Below are positions 54,923-63,122 of a stretch of DNA of 64,000 nucleotides, in pieces (within the stretch, counting starts at the first letter, position 1; every line of letters begins with the position of its first letter). The notes below the pieces were generated by a model. That model worked only from the letters and a program-made list of their open reading frames with translations. It ran no database searches and was not told the origin of the DNA. A program made the position numbers and the translations under genes. Where the stretch lies: contig NZ_OZ244056.1 in NCBI RefSeq assembly GCF_965215465.1, positions 2,205,169 to 2,269,168 on the forward strand, written 5' to 3'. Origin of the DNA: Simkania sp. (GTDB lineage Bacteria; Chlamydiota; Chlamydiia; Chlamydiales; Simkaniaceae).

Positions 54923-55464
54923 CGTACGTACCCTCCCTTCAATGATGCTGCGCATACGATTTTCAATAGTGCAGGCCATAGAAAAGGTAAGAGCCCAACA
55001 TCAATCGCAGAGCGAAAACCGATCTGAATCGCAAGCCAAGAGACTCCAAGCAGATAAATCACCACTTGCCCTACCAGAACGGAAAAGATCAGCCACCAAT
55101 AAGATGGGCGTTTCCGGTAGTTTGCTAATTTCCCAATCAAAAACGCCACAATCGGAAAAGCCACCAAATACCCTCCACATGGACCAATCATCCAAAGAGG
55201 ATTCACTGACCATCCCGATAGCACTGGAAGCCCAACCGTTGCCGCGCCTAAATAAAGACACGTTGAAAGAGCTGCCTTTTGCCCTCCTTGAAAAAATGCC
55301 AGCAGAAATATCGCAAGCGTTTGTAAAGTGACTGGGACAGGACCAATGAGCACTTCTACTTGAGAACATCCTGCCAAAAAAAGCCCTCCTAAAAGAACGT
55401 GAAAGACCCACACAAGAGTTGGATAGGTGCGGCGCGCTGCCACTGTTTCTGTTTTTGTATTCAT
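54907..55464 (-). CDS. bioY: Biotin transporter BioY
   Basis: GPVPVTLQTLAIFL, GLPVLSG and GPCGGYLVAFP. The ATG at 55464 lies 7 nt after GGAGG. Confidence 0.8.
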   Translation of the reverse strand: MNTKTETVAARRTYPTLVWVFHVLLGGLFLAGCSQVEVLIGPVPVTLQTLAIFLLAFFQGGQKAALSTCLYLGAATVGLPVLSGWSVNPLWMIGPCGGYLVAFPIVAFLIGKLANYRKRPSYWWLIFSVLVGQVVIYLLGVSWLAIQIGFRSAIDVGLLPFLWPALLKIVCAASLKGGYVRWQRR

Positions 55465-55666
55465 ATTCAATCCTCCGTCAAATTGCCCCTTCAAGATACG
55501 ACGTCAGAAATTGAAAATGACACTCTAAACCAGACTTCACAACCCCCGTTCCACCTATAATTTAGGTGATATTTTACAAACAATACCTGCAAGACAGAGC
55601 ATTTTTCTTGAACCTAAACACTTTAATCGCGCAAACTTGAGCTATGCAACCAAGCTTATCAACTAA

Positions 55667-56464
55667 ATGTTAGGTGAACTTTTAGGCAGCCAAAAAGTTG
55701 GCAACGCCCTTCTTTTCCTTTTCATCAATGGCAAGGGGTATCCCTCTCAAATCGCCAACGCCTTAAGTGTCGGACTGACACCCGTCCAACATGCATTGAA
55801 ACGACTAGAAAAGAGCTCCATTGTTTCGAGTTATTACGAAGGAAAAAACAGAATCTACGAACTCAATCGCAGTTACCCCCTGTATGAAGAGCTTGAATCG
55901 CTTATCAAAAAAGCTTTCTTTCTCCTCCCAAGTGAAGGCAAAAAAAACTACCTAATCTCCCCTACTCCTACGAAGCCAAAAGATTCGTCACTCAAACAAA
56001 GTGTTCCCGCTGTGCTAGCAACGATATGGAAAAAACTCGAAGCAACCACTCAAGTGATCTACGTGGCCCACGATCGAAGTGGAAGTGAAGCCCAAACGGC
56101 AGGACAAGGAAGTGGCCTGGTTAAAATCACAAAAGAAGCACCCTACCAGCTCATCTTTGAAGAAGAAGGATCATGGCAAACTGAGCAAGGACTAACCTTC
56201 AACTACAAAAATTACTTTCGCTGGACAGTCGACACCATGCGCGGCATCTTAGCGGTCGAACACCTCCGGTTCGGTAAGCATCACCCCGTCTTTCTCTTTC
56301 ACCTTGTTCCCGTTTCTGATCGCCTACTCGAGCCCGTCACAACAAATGCCAACGGCGAGGAGACCTACTTCGGCTACCTAGAAAACAAAGTGCACGGACT
56401 GAAGTTTTGCACCCGGACGATTTCGCCTCAAAAAAACGAATCCATCACCTACTTTTACACCTAG
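55667..56464 (+). CDS. Winged-helix DNA-binding domain protein with an uncharacterised C-terminal domain
   Basis: The N-terminal part GYPSQIANALSVGLTPVQHALKRLEKSSIVSSYYEGKNRIYELN is ArsR/MarR-like. The C-terminal ~130 aa is unknown. Confidence 0.55.
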   Translation: MLGELLGSQKVGNALLFLFINGKGYPSQIANALSVGLTPVQHALKRLEKSSIVSSYYEGKNRIYELNRSYPLYEELESLIKKAFFLLPSEGKKNYLISPTPTKPKDSSLKQSVPAVLATIWKKLEATTQVIYVAHDRSGSEAQTAGQGSGLVKITKEAPYQLIFEEEGSWQTEQGLTFNYKNYFRWTVDTMRGILAVEHLRFGKHHPVFLFHLVPVSDRLLEPVTTNANGEETYFGYLENKVHGLKFCTRTISPQKNESITYFYT

Positions 56465-56485
56465 ATCGTGTCGAGAGGAAACGAT

Positions 56486-57289
56486 TTACTGAAAGTCTTC
56501 TGTATAATCAAGCCAAGTGTCTAAATAGTAAATCGTATCTTGATTGTATCCCCAAACCTTGTGCTCAACACAGGTTCCATTTGCGACACTAAAATCAAAC
56601 CACCATTCCCAAGTCGATGCTTGAGCAAAGTCAACAAGATGATCGATAAGCTCTTGAGGTGCCCGTTCATCGACAAAAACAGCGTATTTCTTGTCCCAGG
56701 AAATGGAATAATTATAATAGGGGTCTCCTGGCTCTAGTTGAAACGCTCGTTTTGCGCTCAAAGTCCGCCCTTCGGGATTATAGAGCAGACGTACTTGCAA
56801 TGTTTTGCCATTTAATTTGTAGTAAAGGACTTTGTTTTGAAACGTTGAGCTACGAAAAACTCTCTCGGCTTCGGCATCATTTTGGGCATCTTCAATGGAT
56901 TCTGCTATATAGACAGGATGAATGCCGCCCCACTCTTCAATAGTCAGAGGGCTTTTTCCTCTAAGGTCAATGTGGGCCTCACCATCAACATAGCCCCACC
57001 TGGTCAAAAGATCTTCTAAGTGATGAACAAATGGCAACGGAAGGTCTCCCACCACATAGAGAGAACGTGAAGTTGGCCGCACTAACACACCACACCAAAG
57101 CATTTCTCTATTAGGATTCGCGATGATTCGAAGCGGGTAACTCTTACCTTCAAGTTCAATTTGAATGACTTCATTAGAATAAGCCCCGGCAAAGATCTGA
57201 GTTTGGATCTTTTGATCACATTGCAGACTAGAAAGTGGGGAACAGATACTGAGAAGTCCAACTACCATAAGAAACAAAAAAGCTTTCAC
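56486..57289 (-). CDS. Hypothetical secreted protein
   Basis: GTG start after AGGTGA, with signal peptide KAFLFLMVVGLLSICSPLSS. I recognised no motif. Confidence 0.55.
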   Translation of the reverse strand: MKAFLFLMVVGLLSICSPLSSLQCDQKIQTQIFAGAYSNEVIQIELEGKSYPLRIIANPNREMLWCGVLVRPTSRSLYVVGDLPLPFVHHLEDLLTRWGYVDGEAHIDLRGKSPLTIEEWGGIHPVYIAESIEDAQNDAEAERVFRSSTFQNKVLYYKLNGKTLQVRLLYNPEGRTLSAKRAFQLEPGDPYYNYSISWDKKYAVFVDERAPQELIDHLVDFAQASTWEWWFDFSVANGTCVEHKVWGYNQDTIYYLDTWLDYTEDFQ

Positions 57290-57426
57290 GTTTCACCTAC
57301 ACGTTAAATGAGATAAAAAAACTGTAACTCAAGCAGTTGAATTCTGGCAACGAAAGTATCCTTACCTTGGATTGAGGTCATATCATCTCTATGAGAGGTT
57401 GATAGGGCACATTATGGCTTCTTGAT

Positions 57427-58203
57427 TTAGAAACTTAAGAGAGATAAATCGGGTTTAACTGTGAGATTGGGGTGGACGCGGGCGCGTAAAATCTCTTGAA
57501 TAGCGCTGAGTGTTGCCCCTGTTGATGAAGGACAAGTCGTGCAGGCACCTTGATAGGCGATGACCACTTCGTTGTCATTTTTAAGTTCGGGGACTTCGAT
57601 CCCTCCGGCATCGAGCTCAATGTAGGGTTGTACTTCTTCTTGGACAACTTTGCGAATGAGTTCAAGCTTCTCTGCAAATGAAAGAATGTCCCATTCGGGA
57701 TACTCCCCAGTAGATGCGAGATGCGAGGGAACGGGTGGCGAGTAAGAGGGATCACTGATGGGAATATCTAAACATTTTTCACAGGCAATATCGAGAGCTT
57801 CTAAAGCGAGATTTAAGTGGTGCGAAGCAGACTCGGGAAAGGCGGGTGTGTGATCAAAATCGCGCAGTTTTTTATCAACCAGCTCTGCTGTTAAGCGGCG
57901 GGCTTGGTCGTAGTTTTTTCGCAAAATGATGTCGCAAATGGCATCGGCTGCACCGATGAGTGGACTTTCTCCAAAGGCTTGGAATTTGACATCGGCAATG
58001 ATGCCATCGGTTTCATCAACAACGAGATAGAAAATGACGTGATTTTCGTCAGCCCCATCTTGGCTTTCACCAGAAACAACGCGCATTTCTTGCTGCGCGC
58101 CTTTGTTACCACTAAAAAACCCAACATTACGTGGCGCTAGAATCCGTTCGACAAGAAGATTACTGTACTCAGCCCAAGGATACGGTTTTAAATAAGGGTT
58201 CAT
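57427..58203 (-). CDS. NifU-like protein (IscU-like N-domain lacking the ligand cysteines; Nfu-type C-domain with CxxC)
   Basis: YSNLLVERILAPRNVGFF aligns to the IscU start, and the C-terminal VIAYQGACTTCPSSTGATL is NifU_C-like. The ATG at 58203 overlaps the upstream stop (ATGA) and follows GAAGGTGA. Confidence 0.7.
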   Translation of the reverse strand: MNPYLKPYPWAEYSNLLVERILAPRNVGFFSGNKGAQQEMRVVSGESQDGADENHVIFYLVVDETDGIIADVKFQAFGESPLIGAADAICDIILRKNYDQARRLTAELVDKKLRDFDHTPAFPESASHHLNLALEALDIACEKCLDIPISDPSYSPPVPSHLASTGEYPEWDILSFAEKLELIRKVVQEEVQPYIELDAGGIEVPELKNDNEVVIAYQGACTTCPSSTGATLSAIQEILRARVHPNLTVKPDLSLLSF

Positions 58204-59366
58204 ACTTTCACCTTCTCCGAAAAGGTTCGGCATTTGGCTGCTGCATCGGCAAGAATGCCTAGAGCTCGTTGGATGTCTTCTTGAGTAGTCGTGCGACCAA
58301 GGCTAAAGCTTAGAGCGCATTTGGCGATGTCGGGGTCGATTCCGATGGTTTGCAGTAAGGCAGGCAGTTTTTGATGACGACCGCCGCCAAAACTTGCAAA
58401 GACATCTTGCTGCGCTAAATGAAAGGCTAAGAGTTCACTTGGAACACCTGGAAAGGCAATCACACTGACATTGGGAAGGCGTGGAATCTCACGGAAGAGA
58501 ATTTGTGCCTGTGGCCAAGCACTTTCAAGACTCGTTTCAAAGTGGTTGCGAAGGCGGGCTGTTTCCATGCAGACGTGATTGAAATGTTCTTCGAGTTCTT
58601 CAAAGGCAATGCCTAGTCCGACAAGGCCAGGGAGATTCAGTGTTCCACCGCGCTGTCCATGCTGGTGAGTCCCGTCGGGAATGAGGGGTGAAAGCGTGTG
58701 GGGATGGCGGATGAGCAGTCCACCTGTTCCTTTGGGACCGTGGAATCGGTCGCCATCAAACGTGAGGTAATCAATGGAAAGATCCTCAAAGCGGAAGTAA
58801 AGTTTGCCTAAAACATCACTGACATCAACGTGAAAAGCGACTCCTTTTTCTTTGCAGACTTCGGCGAGTTCCGCAATGGGATGCAAAATCCCTGTGAGCC
58901 CACTGGCCCAAGAGAGAGAGACTAAGCTGGTGCGAGGTGTAATGGCGGATCTTAAGTTTTCGGGGGTGAGAACACCTTGGTCATTGAGTGGCGCGAGTTT
59001 TTTTTGGATGCCCAAAGGCTCAAGTCGGTTGATGCCCATTAGACAAGAAGCATCTTCAATGGGAGTGGTCACAAAGTGGTTCTTACCTGTCTCGGAAGCT
59101 TCATCAATAGCCAATGCGTGGTAAATGTGACTAATCGCTTCGGCTGCGCAAGAGGTGAGGATGAAAGTGTCTTTTTCTGCTGCCCCTAAAGAGGTTTTGA
59201 TTTTGCGCATCTTTTGGTTAATCGTAGCAAAAGGCTCTTTCCCTTTGAGGTAGGGAGCAGTTGAGCAATGCCAGTGCCTTTTGAAAAAGGGTTGCATTTG
59301 TCCCACGAGATGATCGGAAGGACCCGTTGTGGTCGCGTGATCGAGGTAAATTGGTGATTCCATCAT
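58200..59366 (-). CDS. NifS/IscS-like class V aminotransferase-fold protein lacking the PLP-lysine and the catalytic cysteine
   Basis: It is collinear with IscS (PIYLDHATTT, FHVDVSDVLGKL, HGPKGTGGLL, RGGTLN, SFSLGRTTTQEDI). However, SGHK is replaced by DGDR and SSGSAC by SFGGGR. Confidence 0.75.
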   Translation of the reverse strand: MMESPIYLDHATTTGPSDHLVGQMQPFFKRHWHCSTAPYLKGKEPFATINQKMRKIKTSLGAAEKDTFILTSCAAEAISHIYHALAIDEASETGKNHFVTTPIEDASCLMGINRLEPLGIQKKLAPLNDQGVLTPENLRSAITPRTSLVSLSWASGLTGILHPIAELAEVCKEKGVAFHVDVSDVLGKLYFRFEDLSIDYLTFDGDRFHGPKGTGGLLIRHPHTLSPLIPDGTHQHGQRGGTLNLPGLVGLGIAFEELEEHFNHVCMETARLRNHFETSLESAWPQAQILFREIPRLPNVSVIAFPGVPSELLAFHLAQQDVFASFGGGRHQKLPALLQTIGIDPDIAKCALSFSLGRTTTQEDIQRALGILADAAAKCRTFSEKVKV

Positions 59367-60085
59367 GCCCCTTTCAAATAGACCTGTTGGACTTGATCAA
59401 TCTCTTCCCGTTGCCAAACCCCATTATCATAGCTATAACAAATGGGATCGCCGGTGGGGATTTCGAGTTCTAAGACTTCTTTTTCTGAAAGTTTATCCAA
59501 AAACATGACGATCGAACGTAGAGAGTTGCCATGTGCCGAAACTAAGATGTTTTTCCCCTCTTGGAGATGAGGTACGATTTCATTTTCAAAGTAAGGGATA
59601 GAGCGCTCAGCCGTCATTTTTAAGCTCTCACCATTTGGAGGTGGAGTGTCAAAGCTGCGCCGCCAAATCTTCACCTGCTCTGCGCCATACTTCTGACGGG
59701 TTTCATCTTTGTCGAGACCTTGGAGTTCCCCGTACATGCGCTCATTGATTTCCCAGGCTGTGACCACGGGAACGGTCATTTCTGAAGCTTTGGGATTGTA
59801 ATTCTTTGCCCAAGTTTCTTGCTTCTTTTCATCGGGGTGGAGCACAACGGGAACTTTCCCTTCGGAGTGGACACTCATAGCAAGCATCGCTGTGAGCTGC
59901 GCCCGAATAAGCGAAGACATAAAGATGATGTCGATAGGGATGGCAGAAAACCGCTTCCCCGCATTCAAAGCTTCTTCGATACCAGCCTGGCTTAGGGGAA
60001 CGTCGACCCATCCGGTAAAAAGGTTGCGCTTATTCCAGACAGATTGGCCATGGCGGAGTAAAATAATTTTTGGACACTCTTTCAT
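59363..60085 (-). CDS. gpmA: 2,3-bisphosphoglycerate-dependent phosphoglycerate mutase
   Basis: ILLRHGQSVWNKRNLFTGWVDVPLS and SAHGNSLRS. The ATG at 60085 is preferred over the track's TTG at 60121. Confidence 0.88.
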   Translation of the reverse strand: MKECPKIILLRHGQSVWNKRNLFTGWVDVPLSQAGIEEALNAGKRFSAIPIDIIFMSSLIRAQLTAMLAMSVHSEGKVPVVLHPDEKKQETWAKNYNPKASEMTVPVVTAWEINERMYGELQGLDKDETRQKYGAEQVKIWRRSFDTPPPNGESLKMTAERSIPYFENEIVPHLQEGKNILVSAHGNSLRSIVMFLDKLSEKEVLELEIPTGDPICYSYDNGVWQREEIDQVQQVYLKGA

Positions 60086-60161
60086 ATTTTTTATGATACC
60101 CCAAGTAGGATTTCCCTTCAAACTTGTGATTATCTCGAGAAAGATTTATTATAGATGCCCT

Positions 60162-60863
60162 ATGGAAAGTAAACGTTTGAGTAAAGCTTTAGCTGCGGCA
60201 GGAGTCGCCTCGAGGCGAGCCTGTGAGGAGCTCATTTTTGCCGGTAAGGTGACGGTCAATGGAGAGGTCATCAAAGTCCCCCAAACCCTGGTGAACTGGG
60301 ATAAAGACCGCATTTGCGTCGATGGCAGGCTGGTCCGCGCAGAAGAAAAAAAAGTTTACTACATTCTCAATAAGCCGAAAGGATACATCTGCTCAAACAA
60401 GCGCGAAGGAACCAAGCGACTTGTGGTTGACCTTTTCGCAGAAGAAAAAAATCGGCTGTTCACCATTGGACGTCTAGATCGGGATACGACAGGTCTTTTA
60501 ATCGTGACAAACGACGGCCACTTTGCCCAAAAAGTGATTCACCCCTCACGCAATATTGTAAAAGAATATTTGGTCAAAACTCGTGAAGACATCACTCACG
60601 AAATGCTGACCAAAATTTCTAAAGGAACGCTCATTGAAGGTGTGTGGATCAAACCTTACAAAGTGCAAAAAATGCGCAAAGGGACTTTGAAGGTGGTGGT
60701 CAAGGAAGGAAAAAAACGGGAAGTGCGCCTCTCAGTTCAAAACGCAGGCCTTGAAATTCTTTCACTCTCGCGTATCCGGATTGGAGAGCTACGGCTCGGC
60801 AACCTTCCTGAAGGAAAATGGCGCGAGATGACCGAATCTGAAAAAGCTTCACTTTTCAATTAA
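60162..60863 (+). CDS. rluB: RsuA/RluB-family pseudouridine synthase (S4 domain plus catalytic domain)
   Basis: RLSKALAAAGVASRRACEELIFAGKVTVNG and GRLDRDTTGLLIVTNDG. The ATG at 60162 is used because the long track ORF upstream is antisense to gpmA. Confidence 0.85.
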   Translation: MESKRLSKALAAAGVASRRACEELIFAGKVTVNGEVIKVPQTLVNWDKDRICVDGRLVRAEEKKVYYILNKPKGYICSNKREGTKRLVVDLFAEEKNRLFTIGRLDRDTTGLLIVTNDGHFAQKVIHPSRNIVKEYLVKTREDITHEMLTKISKGTLIEGVWIKPYKVQKMRKGTLKVVVKEGKKREVRLSVQNAGLEILSLSRIRIGELRLGNLPEGKWREMTESEKASLFN

Positions 60864-60903
60864 GTGTTACATCGGTACAATGGGTCTATAAACAACTTGA
60901 GAA

Positions 60904-61581
60904 ATGCTCATGTTGACGACAATTGCTCGTCTTTTTGGAAAGTCTCCTTTCTTCCCTTTGCAGTCTCACATGAAAAAGGTGAGTTTGTGCATCAAAAAGC
61001 TTACGGAAATTTTCGACAAACTTCCGTCGAGTCAACCTGAAGAAATCGAAAAGCTCGTCAAAGACTTATCCAAACTAGAACATGAAGCCGATCTCACCAA
61101 AAATGACATTCGAAACCATTTACCAAAAAGTCTCTTTCTTCCGATCGACCGAGGACAATTCCTAGAAATTCTTTCGATTCAAGATGGGATTTCAGATCAA
61201 GCAGAAGACATCGGTAACTTGCTAGTTTTGCATCCCCTCGAGCCCGAGCTCTATGAAAACCTGCACGCCCTTTATAAAAAAAACATCGAGGCTTTCTGGG
61301 ACACACGTGCCATCATGAAAGAATTGAATGAACTTGTCGAATCTTCGTTTGGAGGCATGGAAGCTGAAAAGGTGAAAACGTTCATCGAAAGAACCTCTTA
61401 TATCGAATACGAAGCAGACAAGATGATGCACAAATTGATGAAAGAGTTTTTTGCACGAAGTGAAAAGGTTTCGACTCCTGTCTTCTACCTTTATATTCGT
61501 CTCATCGAAGAGATCAACCAGATCTCCCATATTTCTGAAAAACTCGCAAATAGAATCCGTATGATACTGGAATTAAAATAG
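60904..61581 (+). CDS. PhoU-like DUF47-family protein (Pit accessory/phosphate transport regulator-like)
   Basis: 225-aa helical protein (HEADLTKNDIRNHL, EYEADKMMHKL) immediately upstream of a PiT transporter, which is the usual pairing. Confidence 0.75.
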   Translation: MLMLTTIARLFGKSPFFPLQSHMKKVSLCIKKLTEIFDKLPSSQPEEIEKLVKDLSKLEHEADLTKNDIRNHLPKSLFLPIDRGQFLEILSIQDGISDQAEDIGNLLVLHPLEPELYENLHALYKKNIEAFWDTRAIMKELNELVESSFGGMEAEKVKTFIERTSYIEYEADKMMHKLMKEFFARSEKVSTPVFYLYIRLIEEINQISHISEKLANRIRMILELK

Positions 61582-61583
61582 CC

Positions 61584-63008
61584 ATGGCCCTTGACCAAAT
61601 TCTGATGCTTTTAATTCTCTTAGCTGGGTTTTATATGGCCTGGAATATCGGTGCCAACGATGTGTCCAATGCGATGGGCACTTCCGTCGGTTCCGGAGCG
61701 CTCACCCTATTCAAAGCGGTGATCATTGCAGGTGTTCTAGAATTTTGCGGCGCCTTTTTCCTTGGAGGAAATGTTTCTAAAACGATGCAGCAAGGGCTGG
61801 TGAACCCTGACTTCTTCGCTGAGGATCCAAGGATCCTCCTTTTTGGGATGCTTTCCGCCTTGATCTCAACAGCGCTTTGGCTTCAAGTCGCCTCTTACTT
61901 TGGTTGGCCTGTGTCCACTACACACGCGATTGTCGGTGCTCTACTTGGTTTCGGCGCGCTCATTGGTGGAGTCCACGCGGTCCACTGGGGTGAAGTGGGT
62001 AAAATTGCAGCAAGTTGGGTGATCTCCCCGGCTCTTAGCGCCCTCTTTGCCTTCTTGATCTTCAGTATTCTGCAACGGCAAGTGCTGTTTGCCATGAACC
62101 CCATACACGCGTCGCGTCGCCTGATTCCCGTGCTCACGTTCATCGTGATGATTGTCTTTACACTGAGCGTCCTGATGAACGGGCTTGGCAATTTTCATCT
62201 CGAGCTCACCCAGATTCAAACGCTTTTAATTGCCATTGCTGTGGGGATCGTAGGTGGCCTCATCAGCATGCTTTTACTCAAACTCAACGCTGCCCCAAAA
62301 CAGCAACTGGAAACAGCTTCTCCCAACCTGTCGCAACAAGTCTTTAGCCTGAATAAAGCGATGCGTCATTTGCGCCGAGTCCAGCTCACTTCTAAAGGTG
62401 AAGCGCGAGAAAATGTCACCCGCCTCCTTCGAGATGTAGAAAAGCATGCAGAAGATGTCCGTCATCAAACCAACTTCTATGAAAAAGGATCCGATTTTCA
62501 AATTGTTGAAAAGATGTTTGCCTCACTGCAAATTCTCAGCGCATGCTATGTCGCCTTTGCCCATGGCGCGAACGACGTCGCCAACGCAATTGGCCCGGTT
62601 GCAGCTGCCATTGACATTCTCTGTCATGGACACCTCTCCTTACATTCTGTCGTTCCACCTTGGCTTCTTGCTATGGGTGGCGCTGGGATTGTCGTTGGAT
62701 TGGCTACATGGGGCTGGCGTGTCATGGAAACCATTGGGCGTAAAATCACCGAATTGACCCCCACTAGAGGTTTTAGTGCAGAGTTTGGCGCAGCGATCAC
62801 CATCCTCCTTGCCTCAAAACTTGGACTCCCCATTTCTACAACTCACTGTATTGTCGGAGCCGTACTTGGAGTCGGCCTGGCGCGCGGGATTTCAGCTCTT
62901 AATTTGCGTGTTTTACGTGATATCGTTCTTTCTTGGGTCATCACCATCCCCTCAAGCGCCATTGTATGCATCCTCCTGTTCTATTTGATCAAAGCTATTT
63001 TTATCTAA
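61584..63008 (+). CDS. Inorganic phosphate transporter, PiT (PHO4) family
   Basis: WNIGANDVSNAMGTSVGSGAL and its internal repeat AHGANDVANAIGP, plus PISTTH twice; 474 aa. Confidence 0.9.
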   Translation: MALDQILMLLILLAGFYMAWNIGANDVSNAMGTSVGSGALTLFKAVIIAGVLEFCGAFFLGGNVSKTMQQGLVNPDFFAEDPRILLFGMLSALISTALWLQVASYFGWPVSTTHAIVGALLGFGALIGGVHAVHWGEVGKIAASWVISPALSALFAFLIFSILQRQVLFAMNPIHASRRLIPVLTFIVMIVFTLSVLMNGLGNFHLELTQIQTLLIAIAVGIVGGLISMLLLKLNAAPKQQLETASPNLSQQVFSLNKAMRHLRRVQLTSKGEARENVTRLLRDVEKHAEDVRHQTNFYEKGSDFQIVEKMFASLQILSACYVAFAHGANDVANAIGPVAAAIDILCHGHLSLHSVVPPWLLAMGGAGIVVGLATWGWRVMETIGRKITELTPTRGFSAEFGAAITILLASKLGLPISTTHCIVGAVLGVGLARGISALNLRVLRDIVLSWVITIPSSAIVCILLFYLIKAIFI

Positions 63009-63081
63009 GCTCTTAAAATTAAACTGATTACAAAATACATTAAAAAATGTTTATATTAATTTTAAATAAATAATTTTAATA

Positions 63082-63092
63082 TGTTATAATAG
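63082..63092 (+). promoter_or_regulatory. Extended -10 promoter box TGTTATAATAG
   Basis: TGnTATAAT in an AT-rich spacer, 33 nt upstream of the ATG at 63123. Confidence 0.4.
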
Positions 63093-63122
63093 ATGCAGGC
63101 AAACAAATTAGAAGGGGGAAAA

